64,000 nt of DNA from Candidatus Gottesmanbacteria bacterium. Lineage in GTDB: Bacteria; Patescibacteriota; Microgenomatia; UBA10105; UBA927. The notes beneath the pieces were generated by a model. That model did not search any database. It had not been told where the DNA came from and worked only from the letters and a program-made list of their open reading frames with translations. Shown here in pieces: positions 50,141 through 59,279 of this stretch. Location of the stretch: positions 8,460 to 72,459 of the forward strand of contig JAHFKN010000002.1 in the NCBI GenBank assembly GCA_023245355.1. The letters are read 5' to 3'. A program made the position numbers and the translations under genes. How positions within the stretch are numbered: the stretch's first letter is position 1; the number at the start of each line of letters is the position of its first letter.

Positions 50141-51545
50141 ATAAGTTGCCCGATGCAGATGCTGACTGCCATGTACTGCGAAGCAAAGACACGTGATCAG
50201 GAGGCAGGTTATACGTATCGCCCCAATCATCCATGACCAGTCTACGAAGTTCCGTAACATCCTGGGGGGACAGTCCTAAATCACTTTTTATTTTCAGCAG
50301 CCCTTCGGGAACTTCACTCTTCTCTTTGAGATATTTCCCGATGGTCAGTATCACGGCAAGTTTTGCTTCATCGCGCGTTCCGACGCATTCAAACGGCTTG
50401 ACGGGTGTCAAACCGACTAATGAGCGGATGTGCTCTATAATCTGAGGATTCGCAAATAAATCAGCGCCGAAACTTATCATCATCTGCTCACGCGACAGGT
50501 ACGGGGACAGACAAAGATAGGTGAATGCGCATTTGGCACACGTCCCGCACCAGACACCGGTCTTACTCCCGACGTTACAACTTCTGAATGTGGTGAAAAA
50601 CCGGGGGTACATCGAAAAAATCAATCCTATCTGCAAATCATTGAGCGGCCGGAGTATGCTGAAATAATTGGCGGCGCCATCAAAAAAATTTGTGCAATAC
50701 TGCCGGAACATCGACTCGAACTGGAAGCTTTTGGAGTACTGATGATTCACCTCCATGCCGCGATACACGACATTTCCCTCATTTGCGCTCTTTTCATTGG
50801 AAACAATGACATGTTCATTGCCATAAAGAACCGCAACCAATATACCTAAGAATGCCAGATACGCCGAAAAGGGTGTGTGCCCGTTTAAGTACCCCGAACG
50901 GTTCAGTTCCATCAGCATCGGATCGATAACCCGATTGATAACCAGCGGAGGCGGAAATCCCGCTTCACGGATATTATCCAGAGCTGCCTGCGTGGGATTC
51001 AGAACCATGGTTTGGAGCGTTCTATCGCTCTGTTTCATCATTCCTAATGTCACTGCAGAATCTTTCCCGCCACCAACGAGGACCAAATCATTTGCAGGCA
51101 TACCGCTGCCCGGTTTCCGTTCCCGCATATTCCCGGCGGCATTGTTGGGAACAGACGCCCCGGGGGAGCATGTAATCCGGAGAAAATCCTTTACCGTAAA
51201 ATCTATCTGATTCTGGTAATAAAATTCTCCCAAACCGTGGATAAATATATCGTACCAGAATCTGATTTGCTCGCCGTTAAGAACTCCTGCCTCAATCACT
51301 AGCTCCTTGGGACACGCAAGCTTCCAATAGCTTATCGCCTCGACAAGACCGAGATGAAACACATACGGCATGAATCTTTCTTCGTCGATGCTTCCGGGAT
51401 AGGGGATGGTAACCACCGAACGGAGTCTGACGTCAGGCTCCAGGAGGAATTCGTACGTCAATTCGATTACATCGCCTCGCTGCAAAACGCCCGCGCGCTT
51501 GTATATCAGTCTGGGATGCTTGAGCCGAAGCTGTTCAAACGTCAT
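50127..51545 (-). CDS. PP-loop ATPase with QueC-like C-terminal Zn motif (N-acetyl-sugar amidotransferase-like)
   Basis: LVGGGKDSAVT PP-loop in the middle of the protein. C-terminal CNVGSKTGVWCGTCAKC. Confidence 0.5.
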   Translation of the reverse strand: MTFEQLRLKHPRLIYKRAGVLQRGDVIELTYEFLLEPDVRLRSVVTIPYPGSIDEERFMPYVFHLGLVEAISYWKLACPKELVIEAGVLNGEQIRFWYDIFIHGLGEFYYQNQIDFTVKDFLRITCSPGASVPNNAAGNMRERKPGSGMPANDLVLVGGGKDSAVTLGMMKQSDRTLQTMVLNPTQAALDNIREAGFPPPLVINRVIDPMLMELNRSGYLNGHTPFSAYLAFLGILVAVLYGNEHVIVSNEKSANEGNVVYRGMEVNHQYSKSFQFESMFRQYCTNFFDGAANYFSILRPLNDLQIGLIFSMYPRFFTTFRSCNVGSKTGVWCGTCAKCAFTYLCLSPYLSREQMMISFGADLFANPQIIEHIRSLVGLTPVKPFECVGTRDEAKLAVILTIGKYLKEKSEVPEGLLKIKSDLGLSPQDVTELRRLVMDDWGDTYNLPPDHVSLLRSTWQSASASGNLYAYK

Positions 51546-51564
51546 GGCCCTTATTGTACCAAAA

Positions 51565-53172
51565 TTACGGGGCGACCTCCTGCCAGATGACCGATAAGTC
51601 TTTCATCGTGTCCGGCATGGTCAGAAGAAGCTGCGGATCATACGTAAAAAGCTCTGCAGACGCATTTATGTTGCCGCCGTATGCATCCAGATCCCGCTGA
51701 AGAAGAAAATTGTCAGCGACGAATACGCCGTTTCCGACAAAACGCGCGGTGAGCGCATTGATGCTGGTGCCCGTCTGAATTAGCCCTGACTCATCCGCCT
51801 TGGTGGCTATATAGACTCCCTCTACAACCGGCGTCGTTGATGACCATGTTGTTCCGACGGTGTCTGCGACCGTGATGGTTCCGTTCACGATAAATGCGAT
51901 GAACCCGTTGCCGGTGATATTTATCCTCCCTCCGATTGTAAGATTCCCGTCCACAAGAATCACGACACGTTCATTGGCCCCGATATTCCAGTTCCCGCTC
52001 GTCGTCATGTTACCGACCACATAATACGGACTATCACAGCTTGCCGCCGTACAATTAGACGCCGGCTTGGTAACCGCAGTAAGATTATCAAACGGAGCTG
52101 ATGTTGTCGGCGTAGTGGGAGACCCGAACCGCCTCAGGAAATAATCATAGTAATTCACGGATGTCCTGCCCGCATTCACCTGCCAATTAGTACTGGAAAC
52201 GAGCGTCGCACCTTCGGAAAACGGATCGGAATCGAAATCATACAGCGTCCCGTACGACAATACCCCCGGATATCCGTTTGCTGAATCGGTAACGAACGTC
52301 CGCGGAAGGACTGCGGGAACGAATGACCGGACATTGCCCGACGCATATACATCTCCGCCCTCCGCTTGTACCCATGCCGTTCCCAATGTATATCCTATGT
52401 CCCACCGGAGCGTTTGGTTTGCGGCCAATGTACGCGACAACCCTTGACCCGTCAGTCCCGTCGTTACATTGGTCCAACACGCCCGTGCGTATGCCCAGTC
52501 TGCTGTGGGGGGAATAATATCCATCGTATAGGAACCGGTCACAATATTGGCAAATTGCTCATACACTGCTCCGACCTGAAACTGCGGAATAGGCTGACTT
52601 GCTGACGACGGAGTAAATCCGATAGACGTACCGGTAATATCTAAGTCTGTTGTCGGCACTGCGCGGATAGCTGCACATGACGTATCCGCAGGATCCACCC
52701 GCACTGCCCGCGCCTGAATCGTTCCGACCGGAACGGAGGTGGCCGTCGGTGCAGGAGGCACGGTAGGCTCTGACGGAGGTGTGTTTGTGGCTCCGCCACC
52801 CGGACCCGTAGGGGTACAACAATACTGTGTTTGCCCTAATTGCGGATTATTATTACACACACGGAATTGCCAACAAGCGTCACATGCACCCCACGAACCC
52901 CACCCGGTCGTACAGGAGGATTGATTCGTTGAACAGGTAAAACCACAGAATCCGGTATTATGATTACAAAACGGAGTACACGTCGTCGCTATCCCCGGAA
53001 TACCGTTATCGGCACACAATCCATTCGTACATACGTCACCGCAGGTGCCCGAAGAACAAAGCGGCATCGTCGGGAAGGGAGTACCTCCATACACACCGCC
53101 CTGTGCAGACACTGAAGATCGAAGACACGTCAACACCAACACGACAAGGACAATCCGCTGAAAAAGCCTCAT
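51565..53172 (-). CDS. Secreted Cys-rich protein with Pro/Thr linker and beta-rich C-terminal domain
   Basis: Signal peptide MRLFQRIVLVVLVLTCLRSSVSA. About 30 Cys in the first 120 mature residues, then a PT-rich linker, then repetitive N/T/G-rich beta-strand-like sequence. Confidence 0.5.
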   Translation of the reverse strand: MRLFQRIVLVVLVLTCLRSSVSAQGGVYGGTPFPTMPLCSSGTCGDVCTNGLCADNGIPGIATTCTPFCNHNTGFCGFTCSTNQSSCTTGWGSWGACDACWQFRVCNNNPQLGQTQYCCTPTGPGGGATNTPPSEPTVPPAPTATSVPVGTIQARAVRVDPADTSCAAIRAVPTTDLDITGTSIGFTPSSASQPIPQFQVGAVYEQFANIVTGSYTMDIIPPTADWAYARACWTNVTTGLTGQGLSRTLAANQTLRWDIGYTLGTAWVQAEGGDVYASGNVRSFVPAVLPRTFVTDSANGYPGVLSYGTLYDFDSDPFSEGATLVSSTNWQVNAGRTSVNYYDYFLRRFGSPTTPTTSAPFDNLTAVTKPASNCTAASCDSPYYVVGNMTTSGNWNIGANERVVILVDGNLTIGGRINITGNGFIAFIVNGTITVADTVGTTWSSTTPVVEGVYIATKADESGLIQTGTSINALTARFVGNGVFVADNFLLQRDLDAYGGNINASAELFTYDPQLLLTMPDTMKDLSVIWQEVAP

Positions 53173-53225
53173 AAGATCAGCCTATCAAAACCGGGACTCG
53201 CTTTCAATACGGGGAGCAAAACGAT

Positions 53226-55553
53226 CTAGCGAATGGTAATCAATGAGGGATATATTAATGTTTGTGCCTCATCTGGGAAAAAATACGTAGTCCATGCAGG
53301 ATCATTTTTATCCTGGAACCGGAAACTCAATGACGATGATGCCGGGGAAAGCATTTTAAATATACCGTCTAACCAATACTTATAATATCTTTCCTCAACA
53401 GCAGGCTTGTTTTTGTTATTAGGAGCTAACAGGGAACCAAAATCTCTATCAACCTGTTTTGATAACGCTTCTAACGACGGTTGAGTGACGTTAAGCGTCA
53501 CAATGGGACCTAGCGTATCGAAAAATCCTTCTTGTGCCCTTACGATAGGTAGTACTTCCAGCCTTGTTCCAGGAGTCGCAGCCTGAGCAAGAAGACGATC
53601 GTATGCATTTCTATTTCCCTCATCTCCCATAATTTCAGGACCACTTGCCGCAAACATTATCTTCCATTCGTCCCCTTTAGGATTACGCGGATTGGCTGGG
53701 TCTAACCACTTCGTTGGAAAAAATTCATATTGAGTTCCATTTGGACTAATCATTGCAAACCACGCATCTATGATCTGAACCGGACTATTTGCTTTGGTTC
53801 TTCCTGGGAATCCCATCGCCTGATTCCGTAAATACGCAAAGCTGGACAACTCACCCGTGTTTGCATTCATCAAAAATTGTTGGAACGCAATTTCCGGTCC
53901 CGGCGTATCTTTCCACCAGGAAACGGCTTCCTCAGAAAATGCTTCAGGAAACTCTACTATTGTCACCCGCAGAGGAATTTCCGCTTTATCATAGGGGATA
54001 ATCACCGGCTTGTGGATATCCGGACTAATCTCCACGGCAAACCATGCTTTTTCCTCCTGTATCCAGTACAGTTTTTTGCCGTCTACTGTCGTCATGACCG
54101 GCGTATTACCATATTCATTTTTGCTGGCGAGATCTTCATGCAGCGTATTCGGATCAACCTGCATAGTTTCCGTCGTCGGCTGTCCCTGAGCATTTAATAC
54201 CTGTACGCTCGTACTGAATTTACCCTCCGCCTCAGCGGTGATAGACGCTTCGAGTCCGCTATGGATTTTCATCGCAGCCGCCTGCTCAGGCGCAAGCCTG
54301 AGAGACTCAATCGAAAACTGTTGCACGATCGCAGGATTTTCCACAAACTGTGCGTCACTTCCCGGCGCGTAGATTACGACGGGCATATGCTCTGCATCGG
54401 CGACACCCCATACGGGATATTCCCCTTTATATCCGCCGATGATACTGTCAGCGGAATACCCGCTCGGAAGGGCAACCCAGATATATTTGGGCGCTTCAGT
54501 CGGGGCAAAATCAAACCATTCCGCATTAGGGTGGTAGGAAACGTTGTCCGCTCCCGCTGCGATGACGGCTACCTCAGTGACTCCGCCGTTTACTCTCGTA
54601 AGCAGCACAAAGTTTTTGCTGTAGTCAGCTGACCAGAATACCTTGGCGCCCTGTTCTCCTGTTACTTTTGCCCCAATTGCCTCTACATTCTTGCTGAACG
54701 CATCCAGCGCATATTCAGGCAACTTCAACGGATTTGCCGCTGTCAGCTGATCCGGTGTCGCACCGGCAGAAAATGAAACCTGGTCAAATATACCGGCATC
54801 ATGGAAATCAGGGTGCGAAGCCAGATCAATCGGCGGAGGAGGAGTTTCCGTCTGAAAGCCGGGCGGGGGAGTCAGAGTTTCCGTGGCTATTGCAGGTGCC
54901 GTTATGGCAGGAGCCGGCCGGGTTTCCGTCACAATGACGGGTGAAGTTGCTGATGGAACAGCGCAGCCGGCTATAAGAGCTGACAAGCTCGCTAGCAGCA
55001 GTGCTCTGCGTTTATTAAACTTTCCGAACGGGATAAGCGCTGCATATGCAACCTCATCAAACGTGCCAAACGGCAATTGCGGCTCGTTTCTGGGGGTTTC
55101 CGTCTGAGCTGTAATGGTGGCCATCTGCACGCGGGTATTGAGCGCTTCAACTGCACGGTTTTCTCTGGCGGCACTGCCGGCCTGCGCTACCCATTGCTCA
55201 CTTTGTCGGGCTTTATGATTTGTTTTGGTCGCTTGGCGCTCTCTGTGGGAATTCGTCCGTGAAACGGGCGCCTGGTCAAAGCCGCCCTGCGGCTGTCCGA
55301 ATGAACTTGAAGGAATTGCTGCTATAGACTTGCCGTGATACACAACCTCGACATGGGAATGCCTGTCTGCGTGGCTGCCGAATCCTAAATCACCGGTAAA
55401 TGTCTGAGAAATAGCCGGCCTGTTGGAAAATATTTCAGCGACTTTTGAATTGTTTACTTCAATAGCGCGCCCTGCGCCCCAAATTGTCGCACCGAGCAAG
55501 ATACCATGCCGTACAGCCCTTCCAAGAGGATACCTCTCTTTATGTTGCTGCAT
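53226..55553 (-). CDS. Large hypothetical lipoprotein/secreted protein
   Basis: Internal lipoprotein-type signal (KFNKRRALLLASLSALIAGC) about 190 aa into the ORF. The true start may be the internal MATITAQ at 55124. Confidence 0.5.
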   Translation of the reverse strand: MQQHKERYPLGRAVRHGILLGATIWGAGRAIEVNNSKVAEIFSNRPAISQTFTGDLGFGSHADRHSHVEVVYHGKSIAAIPSSSFGQPQGGFDQAPVSRTNSHRERQATKTNHKARQSEQWVAQAGSAARENRAVEALNTRVQMATITAQTETPRNEPQLPFGTFDEVAYAALIPFGKFNKRRALLLASLSALIAGCAVPSATSPVIVTETRPAPAITAPAIATETLTPPPGFQTETPPPPIDLASHPDFHDAGIFDQVSFSAGATPDQLTAANPLKLPEYALDAFSKNVEAIGAKVTGEQGAKVFWSADYSKNFVLLTRVNGGVTEVAVIAAGADNVSYHPNAEWFDFAPTEAPKYIWVALPSGYSADSIIGGYKGEYPVWGVADAEHMPVVIYAPGSDAQFVENPAIVQQFSIESLRLAPEQAAAMKIHSGLEASITAEAEGKFSTSVQVLNAQGQPTTETMQVDPNTLHEDLASKNEYGNTPVMTTVDGKKLYWIQEEKAWFAVEISPDIHKPVIIPYDKAEIPLRVTIVEFPEAFSEEAVSWWKDTPGPEIAFQQFLMNANTGELSSFAYLRNQAMGFPGRTKANSPVQIIDAWFAMISPNGTQYEFFPTKWLDPANPRNPKGDEWKIMFAASGPEIMGDEGNRNAYDRLLAQAATPGTRLEVLPIVRAQEGFFDTLGPIVTLNVTQPSLEALSKQVDRDFGSLLAPNNKNKPAVEERYYKYWLDGIFKMLSPASSSLSFRFQDKNDPAWTTYFFPDEAQTLIYPSLITIR

Positions 55554-55605
55554 AACTATAACCTATAGTAACATTCTTTATTCAATATTGTCAAGTCTGA
55601 TTAGC

Positions 55606-55633
55606 TATAAAAAACCCGGTTATGAACCGGGTG
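55606..55633 (-). terminator. Putative intrinsic terminator (minus strand) downstream of PglC-like gene
   Basis: Minus-strand CCCGGTT-cat-AACCGGG hairpin followed by UUUUUUAU. Confidence 0.45.
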
Positions 55634-55740
55634 GACACGACATGTCAGTCACAAAATATCGATATATCGGCGTTGGTGTTCTTGCTGCCTCATTATATAT
55701 AGTATAGGCGGGAGAGCAAACATTCTGTCAAGCGGCAGGT

Positions 55741-56343
55741 TCAACCCAACAGTTCTTTCCATAACAAACCGAGGATAAAGAATATAAAACGGAAAACTAA
55801 ACGGGCGTCTCCCTGCACGGATTTTTGCTTCGCGTAGGCCACATCGCTTTTCATCCACCGGGTAAAGTTTTTATGATATTTGCCTGTCAATATAGCGGGG
55901 GAGATAACACCGGGAAGAATTGCGTGGCGGGCCTGCATCCACGGCTGCAGTGCTTTTGCTTCGGAAACCGGTAACGGCCTGGGCCCTATAAACGCCATCT
56001 CGCCGCGGAAAATATTATAAAGCTGCGGCAGTTCATCCAATCCCGTGTGACTCAAAAATTTTCCGATCCCGGCAAACCGGGGATCATTATGGATCTTAAA
56101 TACCGGGCCATCAGACTCATTTTTTCGGAGCAGGCGGCGCCTCTCATTCTCAGCACCCGTACGCATCGTCCGGAATTTATATATAAAAAACGGTACGCCA
56201 TATCGGCCGATCCGCTGCTGTACATACAGAAACGGCATCCCATCAAACACGACAATCAGCGCTCCGATCAGTGCAAAAACCGGCAGACACAAAATAATGA
56301 ATACAAGCCCCGCAACGCGAATTAACATACGGAATAATTCCAC
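55741..56343 (-). CDS. Small PglC/WbaP-like phosphoglycosyl transferase (Bac_transf family)
   Basis: One TM plus a catalytic domain: GPRPLPVSE...PGVISPAILTG and DELPQLYNIFRGEMAFIGPRP. Confidence 0.8.
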   Translation of the reverse strand: MELFRMLIRVAGLVFIILCLPVFALIGALIVVFDGMPFLYVQQRIGRYGVPFFIYKFRTMRTGAENERRRLLRKNESDGPVFKIHNDPRFAGIGKFLSHTGLDELPQLYNIFRGEMAFIGPRPLPVSEAKALQPWMQARHAILPGVISPAILTGKYHKNFTRWMKSDVAYAKQKSVQGDARLVFRFIFFILGLLWKELLG

Positions 56344-56443
56344 ACACTATGATATTTTAGGATTGGTCTATTATAATACTCCGCATAAGACATGACACCC
56401 GGCATACAAATACCGCCGGTAAACCCGCCCGGCATATACGTAT

Positions 56444-57445
56444 ATGATCTACTACTCAAATTCGCCGCTTGAAACGCCGCATATGACGTTCATCGGCCGG
56501 TGGTCTCCGTTTCACAACGGACATAAAGCAATCATCACCAAAAAAATTACGGAAAATCCGCTCCTTCCCGTGCTCATTCTCGTGCGCCACACGCTCACGG
56601 ATCAATATACGGCATCGGCACGGGCTATGTATATCAAACAGTGGATGACAGATCAACATATCAAGGGAACCATCATGATCATCCCGAACGTAGAAGGCGT
56701 GTATTGGGGACGGGGAGTCGGCTACAAAACTGAGCCAGTATCCGTAGATGAAGCCATCACATCCATATCCGGAACGGACATCCGCCGCAGAATGCAGGAC
56801 AAAAAATCTTCCTGGCATAATCTGGTTGCCGTCCCGGAATCTGCGTATTTATTGACCCCCGCCGTTTCATCCATCGTAGAACAGGGACTTGTCGTGTGGC
56901 TGACGGGGTGCCCTTCAAGCGGAAAAACAACGATCGCACGTGCATTTATACACCACGTTGCAGCAACCTACCCGCATCTTAAAACACAGCTTCTTGACGG
57001 AGATGACATGCGTGCTACTCCGGTTGCTGCCGGGGTAGGATTCAGCAAAAAAGACCGGGCAGATCATATCCTGCGGATGGCGTATATCGCAAAAATGTTT
57101 GCCGATCACGGCATTTTGGTCGTATGCGCTTTCGTTTCTCCCGATCGCCGCATACGTATGAAAGCCAAAAAAATCATCGGAAAAAACCGGTATATAGAAG
57201 TGTATGTCCGGGCTTCCAAATCTACCCGGATGAAGCGGGACACCAAGGGCATGTATAAACAAGCAGCGAAAGGCGCTTTACAAAACTTCACCGGATACAA
57301 CGCATTCTATGAAGCCCCTAAAAAACCGGACGTTCTCTGTGATACGGACACGCAGGATGTTTCTTCCTGCGTTACCGCCGTTTCATCCCGTGTGTTTTCC
57401 CGGTCAACTTCGCATACCTCTGATTCGGCCGGCCGGAATAAGTGA
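56444..57445 (+). CDS. Bifunctional cytidylyltransferase-like nucleotidyltransferase / adenylyl-sulfate (APS) kinase fusion
   Basis: N-terminal FIGRWSPFHNGH (HxGH) and ISGTDIRRRM (ISxTxIR). C-terminal VVWLTGCPSSGKTTIA, LDGDDMR, GFSKKDRADHILRMAYIAKMF, VVCAFVSPDRRIR, typical of CysC. Confidence 0.75.
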   Translation: MIYYSNSPLETPHMTFIGRWSPFHNGHKAIITKKITENPLLPVLILVRHTLTDQYTASARAMYIKQWMTDQHIKGTIMIIPNVEGVYWGRGVGYKTEPVSVDEAITSISGTDIRRRMQDKKSSWHNLVAVPESAYLLTPAVSSIVEQGLVVWLTGCPSSGKTTIARAFIHHVAATYPHLKTQLLDGDDMRATPVAAGVGFSKKDRADHILRMAYIAKMFADHGILVVCAFVSPDRRIRMKAKKIIGKNRYIEVYVRASKSTRMKRDTKGMYKQAAKGALQNFTGYNAFYEAPKKPDVLCDTDTQDVSSCVTAVSSRVFSRSTSHTSDSAGRNK

Positions 57446-58360
57446 ATACACTGCGTACCCCAGCAAATATCCCAGCCTGACACCTGACCTGTATACGGCA
57501 GCCAGTACGGAAAAAGGTCTTTTGCCGTACAAATTACCGGAATGCGCACTGTTGCCAGCCGCATGGTTCAGACCGCGTGTCAGAAGATAATACGATAGCG
57601 TAAATTCCCGGTCAGAAAAATACAGACGCTGGAACAGTGCCGCCGCTCTTCCATAGCTGTATGCCGCCTTCATTTCTTCCGTAAAAACTACCTGATGCGT
57701 CGTGTGCATCACTTTTACCGACGGGGCAAACAGCAGGGGAATATGACGCGCAATACACCGGTATGCCAGATCATCCTGCTCCCCGATAAACGGGAAAACT
57801 TCAGCGTTAAACGGGCCGTCGAGTTTGGAAAACACGGACCGGTAAGAAAACATATTTCCGGCTAACAGTGTCACGAGGCGGGTGCCCGGCGCTGAGTTCT
57901 GCCCCATGCCGGATGCCGCCGCGTCGCGGGCGAATGTTTCGCGTTTAAGGTCTTCCAATTCGCCCCGGCGGGTATACCGCTGTGTTGCGTGCCCCTGATA
58001 CACCCCGCGGGGATACTTTTTTTTGTCATTTAGGAGAGTGAGCTTAATATGCAAAACCCAGTCGGAAGCCACAAAGCTGTCGTCATCGAGGAATGCCACA
58101 CCCTCTTTTGTCGCATGCCGGAACCCCGTATTCCGGGCCCAGGAAGCGCCTTTTCTGGGTTCGTTAAGATACATGACGGATTTGTTCATATTGGCTCCTG
58201 CCGCGTCATATCTTTCGGCTGAATTTATCACGATGATGACTTCATCGCGTTCGGTAATCTGAGGCAGAAGATGAGAAAGGCAAACGGATAATGATTCCGG
58301 CCGCTTATTGGTAGGAATAATCACGGAAACTGACATTGTCTCTGTACGAAGACGCTGCAT
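57404..58360 (-). CDS. Glycosyltransferase family 2
   Basis: MSVSVIIPTNKRPESLSVCL and the DDD region FLDDDSF. The 3' end overlaps the convergent APS-kinase gene by 42 nt. Confidence 0.75.
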   Translation of the reverse strand: MQRLRTETMSVSVIIPTNKRPESLSVCLSHLLPQITERDEVIIVINSAERYDAAGANMNKSVMYLNEPRKGASWARNTGFRHATKEGVAFLDDDSFVASDWVLHIKLTLLNDKKKYPRGVYQGHATQRYTRRGELEDLKRETFARDAAASGMGQNSAPGTRLVTLLAGNMFSYRSVFSKLDGPFNAEVFPFIGEQDDLAYRCIARHIPLLFAPSVKVMHTTHQVVFTEEMKAAYSYGRAAALFQRLYFSDREFTLSYYLLTRGLNHAAGNSAHSGNLYGKRPFSVLAAVYRSGVRLGYLLGYAVYSLIPAGRIRGMRS

Positions 58361-58380
58361 GGTTTGATTATGAACGCAAA

Positions 58381-58647
58381 TTAGCTATTCACGCGAATCA
58401 GAAGACCGTCACGGATATATTGTGTGACAAAGTCGCGCACGTCATGCTCAGCCTGAGAGACGGGAATTCCGTACTTAGTAGCAATTTGACTGATAAGCCG
58501 GTCTATAACAACGGGTTTTTTTGTCCGCTGCCAGATGTCACCGGCGGTCTGGTTCAGCTGACGGAGATATTTCCTGTTTTTTTCCAGAAGAACCCATGAG
58601 GAACCGATGCGGCGGCTGACAACGTGGGGACTCTGTTGAACGATCAT
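58381..58647 (-). CDS. PqqD-family protein (RiPP recognition element-like)
   Basis: WVLLEKNRKYLRQLNQTAGDIWQ...RLISQIATKYGIPVSQAEHDVRDFVTQYIRDGLL matches the PqqD/RRE winged-helix pattern. Confidence 0.7.
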   Translation of the reverse strand: MIVQQSPHVVSRRIGSSWVLLEKNRKYLRQLNQTAGDIWQRTKKPVVIDRLISQIATKYGIPVSQAEHDVRDFVTQYIRDGLLIRVNS

Positions 58648-58659
58648 GAACGCTGTAGA

Positions 58660-58749
58660 TTATGTCTCAACCAACATTACGGTTATCTTGCTTCGGGTAT
58701 CAGAAGGCTTCTGATATTTGACCACTTTCACCTGAGATTTTTTCTTCAT
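58660..58749 (-). CDS. Candidate 29-aa Lys-rich small peptide ORF (MKKKSQVKVVKYQKPSDTRSKITVMLVET)
   Basis: Not in the supplied ORF track because it is under 60 aa. ATG is preceded by GAGGGGG about 10 nt upstream. Stop lies 12 nt before the PqqD start. It sits between the S26-like peptidase and PqqD on the same strand. Confidence 0.25.
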   Translation of the reverse strand: MKKKSQVKVVKYQKPSDTRSKITVMLVET

Positions 58750-58844
58750 AACACAAATACCCCCTCTTCATAAGAGAGCGTAACAAAACCATCACGGAAT
58801 TGTCAAGCTAATACGCACATATTTCTCGTTGCGTTTTGGCCGGT

Positions 58845-59279
58845 TCAGATCAGGACTTTTCCGATAAAATTGCCCTGTCTCACCCTGTATGTATCGGGTG
58901 TCATAAACTTGTCACCCTTGGTTACGACTGCCTTTTGTCCCTTTACCAGTAACACTTTTATAACCCTGTGAACGATTATTTTCCGCCGCTTGCGGACTAC
59001 GTACGCGATAATGTCGTTTGTCTGTATAACATCAAACGGAACGCGGAAAATCCTGACTTCCTGAGTCACGCGTATAGCAGGCTCCATGCTGTCTGAAGCT
59101 GCCGTTGCCGTAAACGACTGGCCCATGGGCAGCAGTTTTGCCAATTGGATGATACTGTCCTGCGAATGCTGTAAGATGATATCGCGCTTGACTGGCGTCC
59201 CGTGCATATACAATCGTATCGTATCAAATAGCCGCTCACCATGAATACCTCGCAGGATCCCGTATACATACTGCTGCAT
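58845..59279 (-). CDS. S24/S26-family (signal-peptidase-like) serine peptidase, apparently soluble
   Basis: SDSMEP (GDSMxP Ser box), RVIK Lys box region, and TKGDKFMTPDTY resembling the GDNRxxSxDSR box. No N-terminal TM. The start probably lies internal (59207 or 59126) because 59279 overlaps the divergent sulfotransferase start. Confidence 0.55.
   Translation of the reverse strand: MQQYVYGILRGIHGERLFDTIRLYMHGTPVKRDIILQHSQDSIIQLAKLLPMGQSFTATAASDSMEPAIRVTQEVRIFRVPFDVIQTNDIIAYVVRKRRKIIVHRVIKVLLVKGQKAVVTKGDKFMTPDTYRVRQGNFIGKVLI

Noticed and set aside
55270-55553. M23 peptidase HxH-like motif (HSHVEV) at the N-terminus of the 775-codon ORF
   Set aside because: Spacing does not align with the M23 GSTGxSTGPHLHFE block, and there is no room for the rest of the domain. 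More likely this is a non-coding or mis-phased 5' extension before the internal lipoprotein start.
58336-58599. 87-aa plus-strand ORF overlapping PqqD
   Set aside because: It is antisense to the well-supported PqqD-family gene and has no motif support.
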